Assembly (NCBI RefSeq): GCF_006345805.1
Contig: NC_043003.1
Location: 86,428,001-86,492,000 of the forward strand
DNA from: Octopus sinensis
Taxonomy: Eukaryota
DNA length: 64,000 bases
Direction of reading: 5' to 3'
Shown: positions 1-14,140 of the stretch, one piece after another
Position numbering within the stretch: the stretch's first letter is position 1
Layout of the letters: each line of letters opens with the position of its first letter
Notes under the pieces: model-generated
What the model was told of the DNA's origin: nothing
The model's input: the letters and a program-made list of their open reading frames with translations, nothing else
Database searches by the model: none
Position numbers and translations under genes: made by a program

Positions 1-1917
1 ATGACGAGAGGTGGAAATACCAGTGTTTCTGGGCTTCATGAGTGGTGGATGTTAAGAAACTAGCCAGCAAGGATTGGCCATTATAGTAATACTATAAAAA
101 CAGAACAGAGCGAGAGAGAGGATGGGAGGAAGAGGGAGAGGTAACTCTATGTCTGTAGATCAAAGGCTGTATTGTGCCCATATGTGATCGAATACCAATT
201 ACTCGAGTGGCTCTTCACTAAACGAGACCCAGAATGTCGGTGTATGTAGTAGCAGCGCTGCCCTAAATTTAGGGTGTAATAGGAGTACTTCCTTGTAGGT
301 TTCACTTTAGCCTCGTTGTTTGACTACGGTTGTTTGAGATTCAAACATATTCAAACATATTCTGGTGCTAAAGCGTGATCTTGGTTATGTGCAGGATGTG
401 CTTTCGTCAGGATTTGTTTCTGTTTACTGATATCAATGTAATAATTTGAAGACATACAGATAAAGTAGAGAAACTATCTCGACAACTATTGTACTTTACA
501 GTTTATAAAATTTAATAGTGAAGATATACATTTGAGGAGAAAGAAAATACAAAACAACTATCTTTAATATTGAGTTTAAAATTTATATATATATATATAT
601 TTGAATGGAGATTAGACTATCTGGATAAAAGATTATTTTAATAATTATTTAATGCTATTTTGTGATTTAGCAAAACTTACAAGTATATCTTTTAGCGAAT
701 CTTTTACAGTTGATACTTGAAATAAAAGAATGCTGCCTCAATAGAATGTCAACTTAACAACTGCTGCCCTTATAGTGTCACACACAAACTACAATTTATC
801 TGGGCTTGATTTGTTCGCCGAAATAAGAAAGCATATCTCAATCGTTTTCAAAATGTCCTTTGGAGCGTAATGTGCTCTCCCAGAAACGTTTATCGTAATA
901 TATTAAGAAAATGTCCTCACGTGATTCCCTCAAAACCCTGTGTGATAAAGGACTCACTAATCAGCAACTATATTGATGTAAACTATCTACGAGCGAGATA
1001 CTTAATTCCCATTGACAAGCGTGATAGCGTCGTATTGCTGAAGTACGATTTACACTTTGACGTTAATATATGTTATGATATGATTTTAACTTTTGAGTCA
1101 GGAGCAAACGTAGGGTGCAGGCCGAAAATACAATTTCGTATTTAAAATTTTTCATTCGGAGATTTACGATGCACAACTCTGTGTCAGGTAAAATGGTCAT
1201 ATAATGCAGAGAAATCATTTCCTTCTACAAATTTGCTTGAATGAGATTTGTATAAGAGCAGCATCAATCCCAGGTACAGATAATTAAAGAGTAAATGGAA
1301 CAAGTATTTTCAAATAAACAAACGTTAGCAATTGTTTTGTTTGTTATTTTTTTTTTTTTTGCGCTGTGACGATAAAGAGCACAAAATGACAATACTAATA
1401 CACATGTTTACTCTGTAAATTGTGTTACACTCAAATCAACTCAAATATTCAATTGAAAACTAAAATAAAGAGAGAAAATGCTGCATCAGAAAGATAATTA
1501 ACGGATCTGGCCTTCGAAATGTTCTATATTGTTTTTTTTTGTTTTTTTTTTTTTTGTTAATGGAAATCAGATTAAATTGCCGTATGGACTCTAGGTTTGC
1601 AGGTGTTTATTCATGTTTAATTAAATAATTTTCGTTCTAGTAAGCATCGAAAACATTTTCTAAAACTGAATAGTTTCCAGTTGCCTTACGTTTGAAGTAA
1701 ATATCTCGCTACTATAGATTTGACTTCGTAGAATTCTTCTGATAACGTTAAAATTATGTCAGCTATAGTAGAGATTTAAAAGTATAAATCCCTTACTCTA
1801 CAAATGAAACTTGTTATTAATAAAAAACAAAATCGATATTAGAAGTTTGAAGTAAGGTGATGGATCGATAGCATTTTGTATCAATTCATTATTTCGTGTT
1901 TAAATCTGAGTATTAAT

Positions 1918-2383
1918 TTGGCTGGCTTGGGCATGTTAGCCGTATGAAAGATGGCAGCATCCCCAAGGACATACTCTACGGAGAGCTTGCTAAGGGTACT
2001 AGGTCTGTGGGTAGACCGATCTTACGTTACAAGGATGTTTGCAAAAGGGACATGAAGGCCTGCAATATCAATATTAGCGGTTGGGAGGCAGTTGCCGGCA
2101 ACCGTGGAGACTGGCGATGTACCGTAAGAGAGGGAATACAAAGGAGTGACCGAGAGAAAGAGAAGAAATGGAAAGACAGGAAAAGACGTCAACAAGAAAC
2201 TATGGCATTACAACCAGCCAGGAACAGTCTTCGCTACATTTGCGGTACCTGCCAGAGGGAGTGTTTGTCCAGGATATACTACACAGCCACAGCAGGAAAT
2301 GTATCAGGACATGAAATGTAAAAGCCGGACTAGACTACTTTATGCGCAACTCCATTGTCTCCCGAGACAAAAGGATGCCAACA
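1918..2383 (+). mobile_element. RTE-clade LINE, 5'-truncated 3' end (RT C-terminal region plus 3' UTR)
   Basis: Translation LGHVSRMKDGSIPKDILYGEL..GRPILRYKDVCKRDMK..W..YICGTCQRECLSRI matches the RTE/BovB-type C-terminus; ends in CCATTGTCTCCCGAGACAAAAGGATGCCAACA. Confidence 0.85.
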
Positions 2384-2450
2384 AATCAATTTGGCTTTAC
2401 ATACAAATTAACAAACATTAATGGAAAGGAGAAAGGAAATATTGGTGTCC

Positions 2451-2652
2451 AATTTTGGCACAAAGCCAGTAATTTCGAGGAAGAAGATAAGTCGATCACA
2501 TCGATCCCAATGCTTGACTGGTGCTTATTTTATCAACCCCAAAAGGATGAAGGGCAAAGTCGATCTTGGCAGCATTTGAACTTAGAACGTAAAGACGACC
2601 GAAATGCCGCTAAGCATTTTCCCGGCGTGGTAAGGGTTCTGACAGCTCGCCG
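2451..2652 (-). mobile_element. tRNA-derived SINE, family B (head GGCGAGCTG...), decayed
   Basis: Reverse strand starts GGCGAGCTGTCAG..CACGCCGGGAAAATGCTTAGCGGCATTTCG..GTTCTAAGTTCAAAT (A/B-box-like); related copies at ~32950-33260 and ~63240-63420. Confidence 0.7.
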
Positions 2653-2699
2653 GCTCAATAACAAAAATGGAATTATTAATACGTAATTATATATCGGAA

Positions 2700-4560
2700 T
2701 TCATGGGTAAAGCATAAGGAAATCGAAAGCATGTCAAGAATGATTTATCAGCATATTACAAAGTTCATAGAACATACCATAAAACGTATGCAAGAAAAAT
2801 CGTTTCATTATGTAGATTTTAAGTTCACGAATAGCTTAAGAGTTTATGTTCATCGTATATTGATAAAAAAATTAAGCAAATTCCTATCACAAAGAAATCG
2901 ATTCTCTGAACTATTATTCCTATCATAATTATTTCGACAGGTTTGATTATTTCCTTCTTTGCTATTGCAATTCTTGTTAAATAGATCATTTCTATACTTA
3001 CCTCCACAAATCGTGTTAGTTAACTCCCGGTTTATCTTTCTGATATTAAGTTTGTGAATGTAGTATTCTGGGTTATTAAAGATAGTGTATGATAATTTCA
3101 CTGTAATCCTCTTAAAAATCTAATGGTGTTCGTTAGAGTTTGGAAGATGCTTATTTAACGCAGCAAACGAAACCCTAGCGATCCTAGATAATATTTGAAT
3201 TATTTCACAAAACATTGCATTTTTTTATATTTTTGTTCAATCTATGACTACTAGTATAGTCTATTATAAGATCATTACCTAAGGAGTTAAAGTTATAATC
3301 AATATTTAGATTGACCCTTTTTTCCCTACTAGTTTTATTGTATTGCCTTCGTGCATTCTTAGATCCAGATGACCACGTTCCTCTATTTTATGTTTAATAT
3401 TTCTTATAACTGAATAAAGTTTGGTGCTATTACTAGTGTGGCTATGTAGATCAATGAGATTATTATTGGATATATATTTGATTTTCTCCGTATAACCAGC
3501 CCAAGCTAATGATATATTGTAATATTTCGTATGCAAGTTGAATATCGTTTCATTGGCCGAAAGTCTTGATATTCGGCAGGATATATTTCTCATAATCCCT
3601 TTCATTATTGAGGGTGGGTGATTAGATCTTACATTAATATACCTTAGGTTTTCTTTTGGTTTATGGTATGGCTCAAAAAATCTAGTATTCAGACTAAACG
3701 TCACATCAAGAAAATTTACTTTTCAATAATTATGTTTTGTAGTAATATTCGTTCCTTGCATCTCTTCATTTCTACCTTGCTACACCTAGAATGAAGAGAC
3801 CGTCGTCCCTGTATCGATTTCCTCTCTTGTTAGGAAACCAGGACTCGATTTGGAATAGGATATATATTCCAACGAGATCAATGACTTGCACAGAGTCACT
3901 TCATCCCATTGCTATATCAAAAGAGTTTGCATCATTAGCTCTCGTCCATAGTTTATTATCGAAATCTATTAGTGTGCAACATGCAGATAGTATAATATCT
4001 ATATTTGACCTAGATAAATCCGAATTGCACATAAAAGAATTTAGAGCATCATTTAATAGAACCTGATTAATGGTAGTACAATAATTTGACATGTCAAATT
4101 AAATAAATTTGCTACTATCCATCTCTAATATTTTGAACCACAAAATAACCTATAGTGTGTCCGACTATAGTAAGAGTTTAATCTTCGATCTAAGTCTGGG
4201 TAGTACTGTGTCAATAATAATTTTAGTAATCCTACCTATAACGGACTTAGATGAGCATATTATTTTAACGGTAAGTTTCCTATCAAAGTTAATCTTTTGG
4301 TCCTTTATGTTAATTCTATGTTTTTAGCGAAAACTACATATATCTCGGTTCTGTCTTTTATTCCGGGTCGAGTAACTATTTCAAAGTCCTTATTATTTAT
4401 ATTGGTTAATGTATTCCTATGTGCATCTCGGTATTATATTAAATGTATTTATTTTCAGAAGAATTTATAGATTTTCATTTGTCTGTATTTTTTATTGATG
4501 TATTTTGCATTTTGAGTGCAATCGTATCTTGTCTCTCACTGTATCTATGGTCTTAGTTTT
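2700..4560 (-). pseudogene. Penelope-like element (PLE) reverse transcriptase and linker, degenerate
   Basis: Minus-strand translation gives FDMSNYCTTI, FDIAMG*SDSVQVIDLVGIYIL, catalytic YRDD (3802-3813), FEPYHKPKENLRYINVRSNHPPSI and LNKHLPNSNEHH*IFKRITVKLSYT, all typical PLE RT/thumb/linker motifs; multiple stops and frameshifts. Confidence 0.88.
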
Positions 4561-4736
4561 GTTTGTGAATTGCTAGAAATGACATATAAATCAGGGTGCA
4601 CAGTGTGAAACTGGGTGAAAGGGCAAGATAATCTAACGAAGAGTTTATTTTGACAGTCACCCGAGGATGTAAATCCACATTTTGGATGCGATATAATGAT
4701 TGTTTAAATTCTCAGCTTCGTAATACAGGTGCGAGA

Positions 4737-4738
<2 letters not shown>

Positions 4739-4789
<51 letters not shown>

Positions 4790-4814
4790 ATATATATATA
4801 TATATGTATGTATG

Positions 4815-4872
<58 letters not shown>

Positions 4873-4981
4873 ATGTATGTATGTATGTATGTATATGTTA
4901 TATATATATATATGTATGTATGTATATGTATGTATGTATATGCATATGTATATGTATATATATGTATGTATGTATATGTAT

Positions 4982-5050
<69 letters not shown>
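4739..5050. repeat. Compound (CA)n/(TA)n/(TATG)n microsatellite
   Basis: Directly visible; source of the spurious IY/YI ORFs. Confidence 0.95.
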
Positions 5051-5056
<6 letters not shown>

Positions 5057-5060
5057 GCAC

Positions 5061-5445
5061 AGGGGTGGCTGTGTGGTAAGTAGCTTGCTTACCAGCCACA
5101 CGGTTCCAGGTTCAGTCCCGCTGCCTGTCACCTTGGACAGGTGTCTTCTACTATAGTCTCGGGCCAACCAAAGTGAGTGGATTCGGTAGACGGAAACTGA
5201 GAGAAGCCTGTCGTATATATATGTGTGTATATGTGTTTGTGTGCTTGTTCCCCCAATTTCGCTTGACAACCGATGCTGGTGTGTTTACGTCTCCGTAACT
5301 TATCGGTTCTGCAAAAGAGACTGATAGATTATGTACTTGGCTTACAAAATATATGTGTTGGGGTCAATTTGCTCGACTAAAGACGGTGCTCCAGCATGGC
5401 CACAGTCCCATGACTGAAACAAGCAAAAGAATGAAAATAATAAAA
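5061..5445 (+). mobile_element. tRNA-derived SINE, family A (dominant repeat of the window)
   Basis: Head GGGGTGGCTGTGTGGTAAGTAGCTTGCTTACC..GGTTCAGTCCC, internal TA/TG tract, tail GCTCCAGCATGGCC..ATGACTGAAACAAG; at least 8 copies in the window. Confidence 0.9.
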
Positions 5446-5469
5446 GAATATATATGCGTGTGTGTGTAT

Positions 5470-5745
5470 GTGGCAAAAAATGGCGTTTCGTCGGTGACGA
5501 CGACGTGGGTTACAGTCGATCTAATCAACGGAACAGCCTGCTGGTAAAATTAACGTGCTGAGCACTCCACATACTCGTGTAACCTTAACGTATTTCTCTG
5601 GGAGATTCAGCGTAACACACAATGTGACCAGGCTGGACCTTTAAGATACAGTTATTACCCATTTTTGCCAGCTGAGTGGACTGGAGTAATGTGAAATAAG
5701 GTATCTTGCTCAAGGAAACAACCACTAAGCCATGCGCCTTTACAC
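5470..5745 (-). mobile_element. SINE family C, decayed
   Basis: Reverse strand has a tRNA-like head followed by CTTGAGCAAGATACC..CTCCAGTCCACTCAGCTGGCAAAAATGG; no ORF. Confidence 0.55.
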
Positions 5746-5809
5746 ACGCACACACACACACACACACACACACGTACACTCAAACACGTACAAACACACG
5801 TATATATAT

Positions 5810-5900
<91 letters not shown>

Positions 5901-6884
5901 AGTATACACATAACCAGTTCTTCATCGACTATATGTTTTACAGTTGGGCAAAAAAGAAGTGTATGGAATCCATTAGAACATTAAAATACATGAAAGACAC
6001 TCAAAGACCGAGGGATATGAGATTAAACAGAATTCTTTCCAGATGCAGTAACATATCGAACAAAAATCTTGGAGAGTTAAAATTGTTATAGGCATAGATA
6101 CTTAACTATCAGCAGATGAACGAGAAAATGTTACGTGTGTAGGAGCCAATGTACCAGACAAGTTATTGACCTTAAGCAATAGAGTTTCCTCACTGCGAAC
6201 TCGTCCATAGTTAGACATGACTACTAGATCAGACAATTATATATTCAATATGTTTATTTCAGATGAAATATGAAAACAACTAAAAGGTAGATTTCAGAAC
6301 TATTCAGCTTTAGATATTAATATATAATAACGAAATAATATTCTGACGCAAATTTTATAAATTTAAACATCTCTAAGTAGTTGAAAAAACAAAATGCAAC
6401 AACGAAGTGAAATCATTTTGTAAATGTTTCAAAATATTTGAAAAAAGTTAACGAAGTAATTCAGTAAGTTTATAAAATGTAAAAGAAACCAGCTCGATGA
6501 AAACGAAAGAAAAATTGATAGATTTCTGAAAATTAAATCCAAAGTGTAGAATTTTTTGACATCTGAACTCGTGATGCGTCATAAGCAAGCCCTATAACAG
6601 TACACCGTTTAATGATTTGAACTCTCAGTCAATGGAACTGAGTACCACATCGGCGGAAGTAGTCGTAGTTGTAAATGGTGACAGGGAACAAGGTATCAGA
6701 ATTCACATTTAAAGCACTAAGAAATGTTTTATAATCGAGCTACACTGACTGAAACTATATATCCACCTAAAAGATATTGCGGAAGCCACTCAAGTTTACT
6801 TTGAGAGTTCAAGAAATCAATAAACTTACAGAAGATTTATGCGGCAAAGGCTTTTATGCATATTTATCTACTACTCGTGTTAGT

Positions 6885-7228
6885 CATTAAATTGCAGCCA
6901 TGCCTGCGTTGAAGAATTTAGTCGAATCAAACGACTCCAGACTATTTGTTCTGTCTTTCTTTTGCCGAATCTCTAGGTTACAAGGTCATTAACTCAACAA
7001 CGCTGATTGCCAAGCGGTGATAGAGGAGAAACACTGACACAAAGATACTCGCACATGCACACACATATATAAAAGAATTATTTCAGTTTCCGCCTTTCAA
7101 AATTCATTCACAAGGCTTTGATCTATCTGAGGCTATAGTAGAAGACGCTTACACAAGATGGCACGTAGTGAAATTGAATTTGGAATCATATGGTAAAGAA
7201 GCAAGGTTCTCAGCACACAGCAATGCCA
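6885..7228 (-). mobile_element. SINE family A, diverged copy
   Basis: Reverse-complement similarity to 34072-34481 (TTTCAGTTTCCG..CACAAGGCTTTG..GAGGCTATAGTAGAAGAC). Confidence 0.75.
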
Positions 7229-7314
7229 TATATATATATATATATGTATGTATATTTACACTTACATACATACATACATATACATACACACACACACATA
7301 CATATAGATAGATA

Positions 7315-8623
7315 AGTTTCTTTATTGGCCACAAAGGGCTGCACACAGATGGGACAAGTTACAAGGTAGAGCTTTTCTTTTGGGGGAAAAAAAGGTGGCG
7401 TAGGTTTTCGATCAAAAGGGATCGTAAAATGGAAAAAAGAACAAAAAGAAGAAAAAAAAGGAAAAGAACAAAAAGAAAAAAGAAAAAAGGAAAAGAAATA
7501 AAAGAAAAAAGGGAAAAAAGAAGAAAAAATAGGAAAAAAGGGGGAGATGAAAAAAACGATCAATAGGGATCGTGTATCACAGTGTCATGATGTATGGTGT
7601 AAAGGGGAAAGCAAGTAAGGTTTATCCGTGGGAAGAAAATCCTACGAAAAAGACCACGGTAACCTTGGTCAATATTGTTATATGTCACCACATTTGTTTG
7701 CAAGTGGGTAACCCTCTGTTTTCAATTTCTGGTTCATAGGATTATGCTCAAGGTGGCTTCGTCATTCATACGTGCCATCCTTGCTACATTCACCATCTTT
7801 TTTTAAAACGTTCGCTAGACAAAACTTGCCTCTCTACTCTCACTTTCCTTTTCAAGTGGTACTTGAAGAAGTTGATGAGAAGTTGACCAGAGAGGAAAGT
7901 GTTTGTCTCCAATCCTTTCAGACGCGTCCACCAGATACATTCTTTCGCCATAGCCACAAGGATGATGAAAATAGCTCTTCCTTCCCGTTTGAAGGAAGGA
8001 GGCGTGACAATATTGACGATAGACTCAGCTGATAAACCGACTCGTCCCACACGTGACAGCAGTTGTTCGACATAAGCCCACAGGTCGGAAATTGTTGGAC
8101 ACTGCACGAGTGCGTGCAGAACGGTTTCGTCGCTCTGACCGCATCTCGGGCAGGTCGGCCCCGTGTTTCTCGAGCCGTGTCTGTAGAGCTTATCCCGAAC
8201 GGGTAGCGCTTCTCGGTAGCACTGCCAGGCCAGGGATCTCTGGAAGTTGTCCATGGGCCCTGGCCCGAAAGTCGTCCCGAACAGGCGGGTCAGGTATTCC
8301 ACGTCGACGTCCAGGTTCGCCCCGAGCTCGTCGTCGTACCTCCCCTCCACTAATCCCCTATAGAATGCTTTGGTTGTGATGGAGTCACTCAAGGTTGACC
8401 CAGGACGGCAGAGTTGCTTGAGAGCAACGCGACACTCGCGGTGCCATTCGCCCTTCCTCGGCCTCTTTTTGATCCACGATTGCAGTTCCGTCATGGAGAT
8501 GAGCTGCGGGAAAGCGCGCCTCACAAACGGCGACCACACCTGTTCACCGTCGTCTACGAAGAGCCTGAGATGTCGCAGTCTCAGCGCGTGTCTGCGCATC
8601 ATCAACCACGGCATGCCCAGTCC
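7315..8623 (-). mobile_element. Tx1/L1-clade LINE, 5'-truncated (ORF2 C-terminus with zf-RVT, plus 3' UTR and AATAAA)
   Basis: ORF 7790-8614 (274 aa, uninterrupted) contains WQCYREALPVRDKL..CPRCGQSDETVLHALVQCP (zf-RVT CCHC). AATAAA at 7321-7326 on the minus strand; flanked on both sides by GATA repeats. Confidence 0.88.

Positions 8624-8690
<67 letters not shown>
8624..8690. repeat. (GATA)n microsatellite at the 5' junction of the Tx1 element
   Basis: Directly visible. Confidence 0.95.
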
Positions 8691-8691
<1 letters not shown>

Positions 8692-11600
8692 ATTAGTTAT
8701 TAATCATATTCTTCTGTGAAAAAAAAATAGGATATGCTAACAAGTCATTCCATGTAAATCGAATGTACGTCATCTTAAAGTGCTGTTGCATTTGAAAATT
8801 AATTCTACATTTGTATAGCACTACAAGCATATCTGAGAATATTTATTTCTCAACCTGAATCTTGTCTGTCTCTTTAAAATACTTTGCATCAGCAGACAGT
8901 ATACTTTCAATCGACCTTCACTAAGTAACTATCGTAACCATCTCATTGTTAAGATATTTAATGCTTAGACTATTAACAAGCCTATTTTGGAGAAATACTC
9001 GATGACAGAAAAACGGCATTAGTAACTTAAACTATAGTATTTTCCAACACTATAAAACTTACTATCTCGTACATTCTTTATAGGTTTCAGCTATTTCTCC
9101 TTGGTAAGTACAGTGAAGTTCTATGCTCCGCTGATAACATTGAATAGCATTGAAGGGTATCAGAATTCTTTAAACTCTTTATAAAATGGACATTTTAAGC
9201 TTCTCCTATCTGTATTTGTACATTTATACAAATTTCAGAGTTTCTATTTCAATGAATTAGAAATGAAGAAATGTATTTCTCCTTTTCATATAAAGTCATA
9301 TATGAATACAAACATACATACATATATACATATATACATATATACATACATACACATATACATACATTCACGCATGCATGCATTTATTTATATATGTGTG
9401 TATATTACTCGCTCAAACTACATTTTATAGAAGTTATTCTTCCATTCAGGATAATTTGCTGATAAGCGAAGCGCCAAATATTAATCTATGAATTTCTTTT
9501 ACATTGTTCCATCTTTATGTCTTTCAAAACCAGTAATACTTAGACTAATTGTTTTTCCCTTTTCACCGTCTTTCGATAAATACAAGTACTAATATGAATT
9601 AGCTAAATTCTTCAAGTACAAGAATAAATGGTACTAAACAATACAAGACCGCAAATGTGAAAGTAAATACATTAGCAATATTACAATCAGGACTCCAGCC
9701 ATGACTCTTATTGTTTTCCTGGAAGGCATCTTAATGATTATACTATACACCACTTTTATGAAATCAGGTGCCATAACAATTTTTAAACTATTTTATCTGC
9801 ATTATTTTATCTTTCAAAGTGTTTTACTTGTTTGTTGGATAAGTGCCCGTCACATCGCACCAACTTCATAGGTTACTGTATAAATGTACATCAAATTTTG
9901 GCCATATGCCCCTTTTGAACAAATGGCCTCCCTAGAAAATACTTTTATTTTTCAATATACTACTTATTTTGATAACAGCAGATAATGATTAAAAAAATGA
10001 AGGACGTAATTTTACATATGCGGTTGCAGGTAGTCGGATGTGCAGATGTACAAACTGAAATGCAAAAAAATAAGAAAAACAAATAATGAATTGAAAGTTT
10101 GATAATTGCGTTTATTTCTACCACGTGACACTTATGAGATCAACGTGTTGCCTATTGAAAGAGTGCTCTTTGGTAGAAGGGAGTTCCTTTGCTCCAAACA
10201 CACACCTCGGGCTCCAAATGCCACCCCTACGGAGGAGGGCATGTGGATCCAGTTGAGAACATTTGATTCAATGTTTGCGACGGAAAATCACTCAATCACA
10301 TCAACTCTAATTTGACACGACAAACATTTCTAGGTAAATGATGCTCGATATCTTCAAATTGTGTGCTATTTGCATTCAAATCTTAGTCGTTTATTCATAA
10401 GAAATTTGTTTTATTCTTTGTAATTGAAAAAGCAAGGCTTTAATATTCTGGTGAAAAATGTTAAGAAATATGTTTTATCGAAACAATACGTGGCCTCACA
10501 TTTATCGAAATATATTAATTCCATTTACACTGTTATTGTTGATTTAGGTAAACATAGAGTGTATGAACAACATAGAAACTATGAACATAGGATTACCGCA
10601 GCGGAAACACGTTTGAGTAATGTTAAAAATAAAATGTTTTCTTCCTTTCTGAATTGCCTACATTTATATATTCATTGTTAATGCCAGACTAGTTTTTTTT
10701 TTATGAATTTAGCTTACAATGTAAATACAACTAGATAAAATATTAAGAAAAATAATATACATATGTGTGTATATGTGTGTGTATGTGTGTGTGTGTCAGT
10801 GTGTTTGTGTGTGTGGTTGTGTGTGTGGTTGTGTGTGTATGTACATGTATGGATGGATACATGGATGTATGAATTAATGTATGTATTATGTGCATACCCT
10901 TATATATAAACAAATACATTATATATATATATAATATATATATATTATATATATATTATATATATATATATATATAATATATTATATATAATATATATAT
11001 AAACATATACATTATATATATACGTATATATAAATATGTGTGTGTGTGTGTGTGTGCGCGTGTGAAAGTAATATCAAAAGACAAAGGTGTATGAGTTCGT
11101 AAGCTTCGAGCAGTACATAGGAGTTATAAAAAAATCATTATTTTAGTCTATATATTTTTTTTCAATATTTTTTGTCCCTTTATCTTTTTATACTTTATAT
11201 TTTTTTCTAACATTTTTATCTCCTTATACTTTCCTTCTGTACAAGAGAATATATGTGTACAAGAGAATATATGTGTCTACGCTGACGCGTAGACACATAC
11301 CTACTTGACACAAAGAAAAAAATAGGCGCATGCGGGTTAATATGCGCTTATATATTTTGAAAATTAAGGGATAAACTACCAGCTTATCTAGAACTACTAT
11401 GTTCCCCCTACTGACCCAAAACATTATTTTCCACCTCCCACTCTTTCGCCCCGCTCACCTAACATATTCTTAATTGATACAACTCCTACTTCTATTTTTC
11501 TTACTGTTTAATTAATTGTATTTAGAGGGCTTCAGAATATATTTACTTATTTATTGTAGAGTAGTCCCAGTAAATGTAACCAGCCTAATTTCACAGACAT

Positions 11601-12011
11601 TCCCCAAGCCTCAATGATACCAATATTTTCCTCCTACTTGACACTCTCTCTTTTTGTTTTTCGTATTCTTATTCTTAACAAGTTTAGATTTTTAACCATT
11701 TTTCACAAATATTTTTTTCCTTTTTTTTTTCTCTAACTCTGCTTTCTACGCATTTTCGATCGAATGACAATGTAAACTTCATTTGATTAAGGTATTTTGG
11801 GCCGGAGGAGTAACTAGAGGATTACCCCCCCCCCGTTTGGGCAATTACCCACATCTGAGGTCCTTCTAATCTATGAAACATATGTAGCCAGGATTTTATC
11901 TACTCCATTCCTCAATTTTGTATATATATATATATAATATATATTATATATATTAATATATATATATATATATATCTATATATATATATATATAATATAT
12001 ATATATATATA

Positions 12012-12052
<41 letters not shown>

Positions 12053-12828
12053 ATATATATATATATATATTATATATATATATATATACATATATAAAAC
12101 ATACAAACACACACAAAACACACACACACATACATACACACACTTGCAAGCACGCATGCATATTTATTTATATATAATATATATACATACATGTGTGTAT
12201 GTTTTAAATATTTGAAAAAAATTCAATGAAAATAAATAATTATTTTTAGATAATATGTTGAAATATTTCATACAAAATTACTGTTGCGTTATTCATTTTT
12301 AAAAATACATTTATTATAAGATTGAAAGATTATTTTTTTAGCTCTGTACACTTCATTTGTCATCTAGTTATCACAGCTTTACGCAACAATGAAAGTAACC
12401 ACCATAAGTTACTCTGCTGTTTGTTTGAACCATTCTTTCTGCCATTACGGTGTAATGTTTGCATCGCTGATCAATTTGGGTTTGACTTTTCATGTTTTAT
12501 ACACTATTGTATTGGTTCCATACAGGAAACTAATTGATATTCATTTGATTCAAAATTTGTGGCCCAATATTGATTTTTGTCATTTCATCTCACTTCAACG
12601 TTTTTATTTCTAGAATCATTGTTTTAACAGCTCACGTTAAATCACTATTGTATAAAGTAAAATAAAATATTTTTTAACATCCATTTACATACTTATGGAC
12701 AGGCAGAGACATATATAATATAATATATATATATATATATATATAAAGGGGGCAGGCAACTTACCCTTATATTATTAATAATGGAATTTTTCACTCCCTT
12801 ATGACAATCCATAGTTCTATTTCTAAGG

Positions 12829-12859
<31 letters not shown>

Positions 12860-12863
<4 letters not shown>

Positions 12864-13069
12864 ATCCAAACAAGAAAACACAAAAAAACACAACGCGAGG
12901 ACGTGGAACAAATATAGTATTATTGGACGCTCAGGAAAGAAGGGAAGAAGGAGGGTTTAACGTTTCGAGCGGAGCTCTTCGTCGGAAACATAGGAGAAGG
13001 AAAGTTCCAGAGAAGGGAAGACAGAGGAAAAAAATCTCCAACGGTACACACGAGATCACATTTTGAAAG
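12860..13069 (-). mobile_element. PLE terminal-repeat-like (pLTR) non-autonomous element with HHR-like motif (12956-12988), in (TA)n
   Basis: Minus strand reads TTT CCGACGA A GAGC TCC GCTC GAAAC GTT AAA; second copy at 48448-48644. Confidence 0.7.
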
Positions 13070-13071
13070 TA

Positions 13072-13103
<32 letters not shown>

Positions 13104-13104
<1 letters not shown>

Positions 13105-13500
13105 CATACATACTCTCTTTTACTCTTTTACCTGTTTCAGTCATTTGACTGCGGCCATGCTGGAGCACCGCCTTTAGTCGAGCAAATCGACCCCGGGACT
13201 TATTCTTTGTAAGCCCAGTACTTATTCTATCGGTTGCTTTTACCGAACCGCTAAGTGACGGGGACATAAACACACCAGCATCGGTTGTCAAGCAATGCTA
13301 AGGGGACAAACACAGACACACAAACATACACACACACATATATATACATATATACGACGGGCTTCTTTCAGTTTCCGTCTACCAAATCCACTCACAAGGC
13401 TTTGGTAAGCCCGAGGCTATAGTAGAAGACACTTGTTCAAGGTGCCACGCAGTGGGACTGAACCCGGAACCATGTGGCTGGTAAGCAAGCTACTTACCAC
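13104..13500 (-). mobile_element. SINE family A
   Basis: Near-consensus reverse complement of 34072-34481. Confidence 0.9.
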
Positions 13501-14086
13501 AAACACGCAACATACACATAATATGTATGTAAGTATATTTATATATATATAATATATATATATATATATTATATATATTATATATATATATATATAGAAT
13601 ATATATATACATTGTTTGATGTGAGTCTCCGTCGTGGAACAACGAGGATTTAGTGGGACGCTCTACTGAATAAATGTGGGACTGAGTATTGCAAATACAC
13701 GTGTACTCTTTGTGCAATTCTTGGGCGCAATCAGTATGACACAGTAATTATGCAGCTGTCTCTTTTGACTTATACATACAATCCACCTGACGGGCTTCAG
13801 TACAGTTCCCGTTCACCCATTTTCCCACATAAAGCATGGATCGACCCGGGGGTAAATAAAATGATACTTGCCCATAATACCATGCGACGGGATTGAACCC
13901 AGGACGTTGTGACTGCGAAGAGAAGCCCATACTCATGTAACTATTCTGTACCTGCATACGCATACATAAACACATACACACATACGCCTTCACTCATACA
14001 TGCACATGTACGCTTCTCTCTCTCTCTCACTTTTTCTCTCTCTCTTTCTCTCTTTTTCTCTCTCTCTCTCTTTCTCTCTCTTTCTC

Positions 14087-14140
<54 letters not shown>

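Noticed and set aside
4704-5156. Long ORFs rich in IY/YI, CV, HT, MYVC, poly-I/N/K/L/E (here and at many other loci)
   Set aside because: Translations of (TA)n, (CA)n, (CATA)n, (AAT)n and (GAA)n microsatellites.
10106-10315. 69-aa non-repetitive ORF in a GC-richer patch
   Set aside because: No recognisable motif and no convincing splice-site pair on either strand.
11855-11892. GAAACATATGTA (HHR 3' half) after CTGAGGT
   Set aside because: Core and stems I/II do not form; at most a decayed relic.
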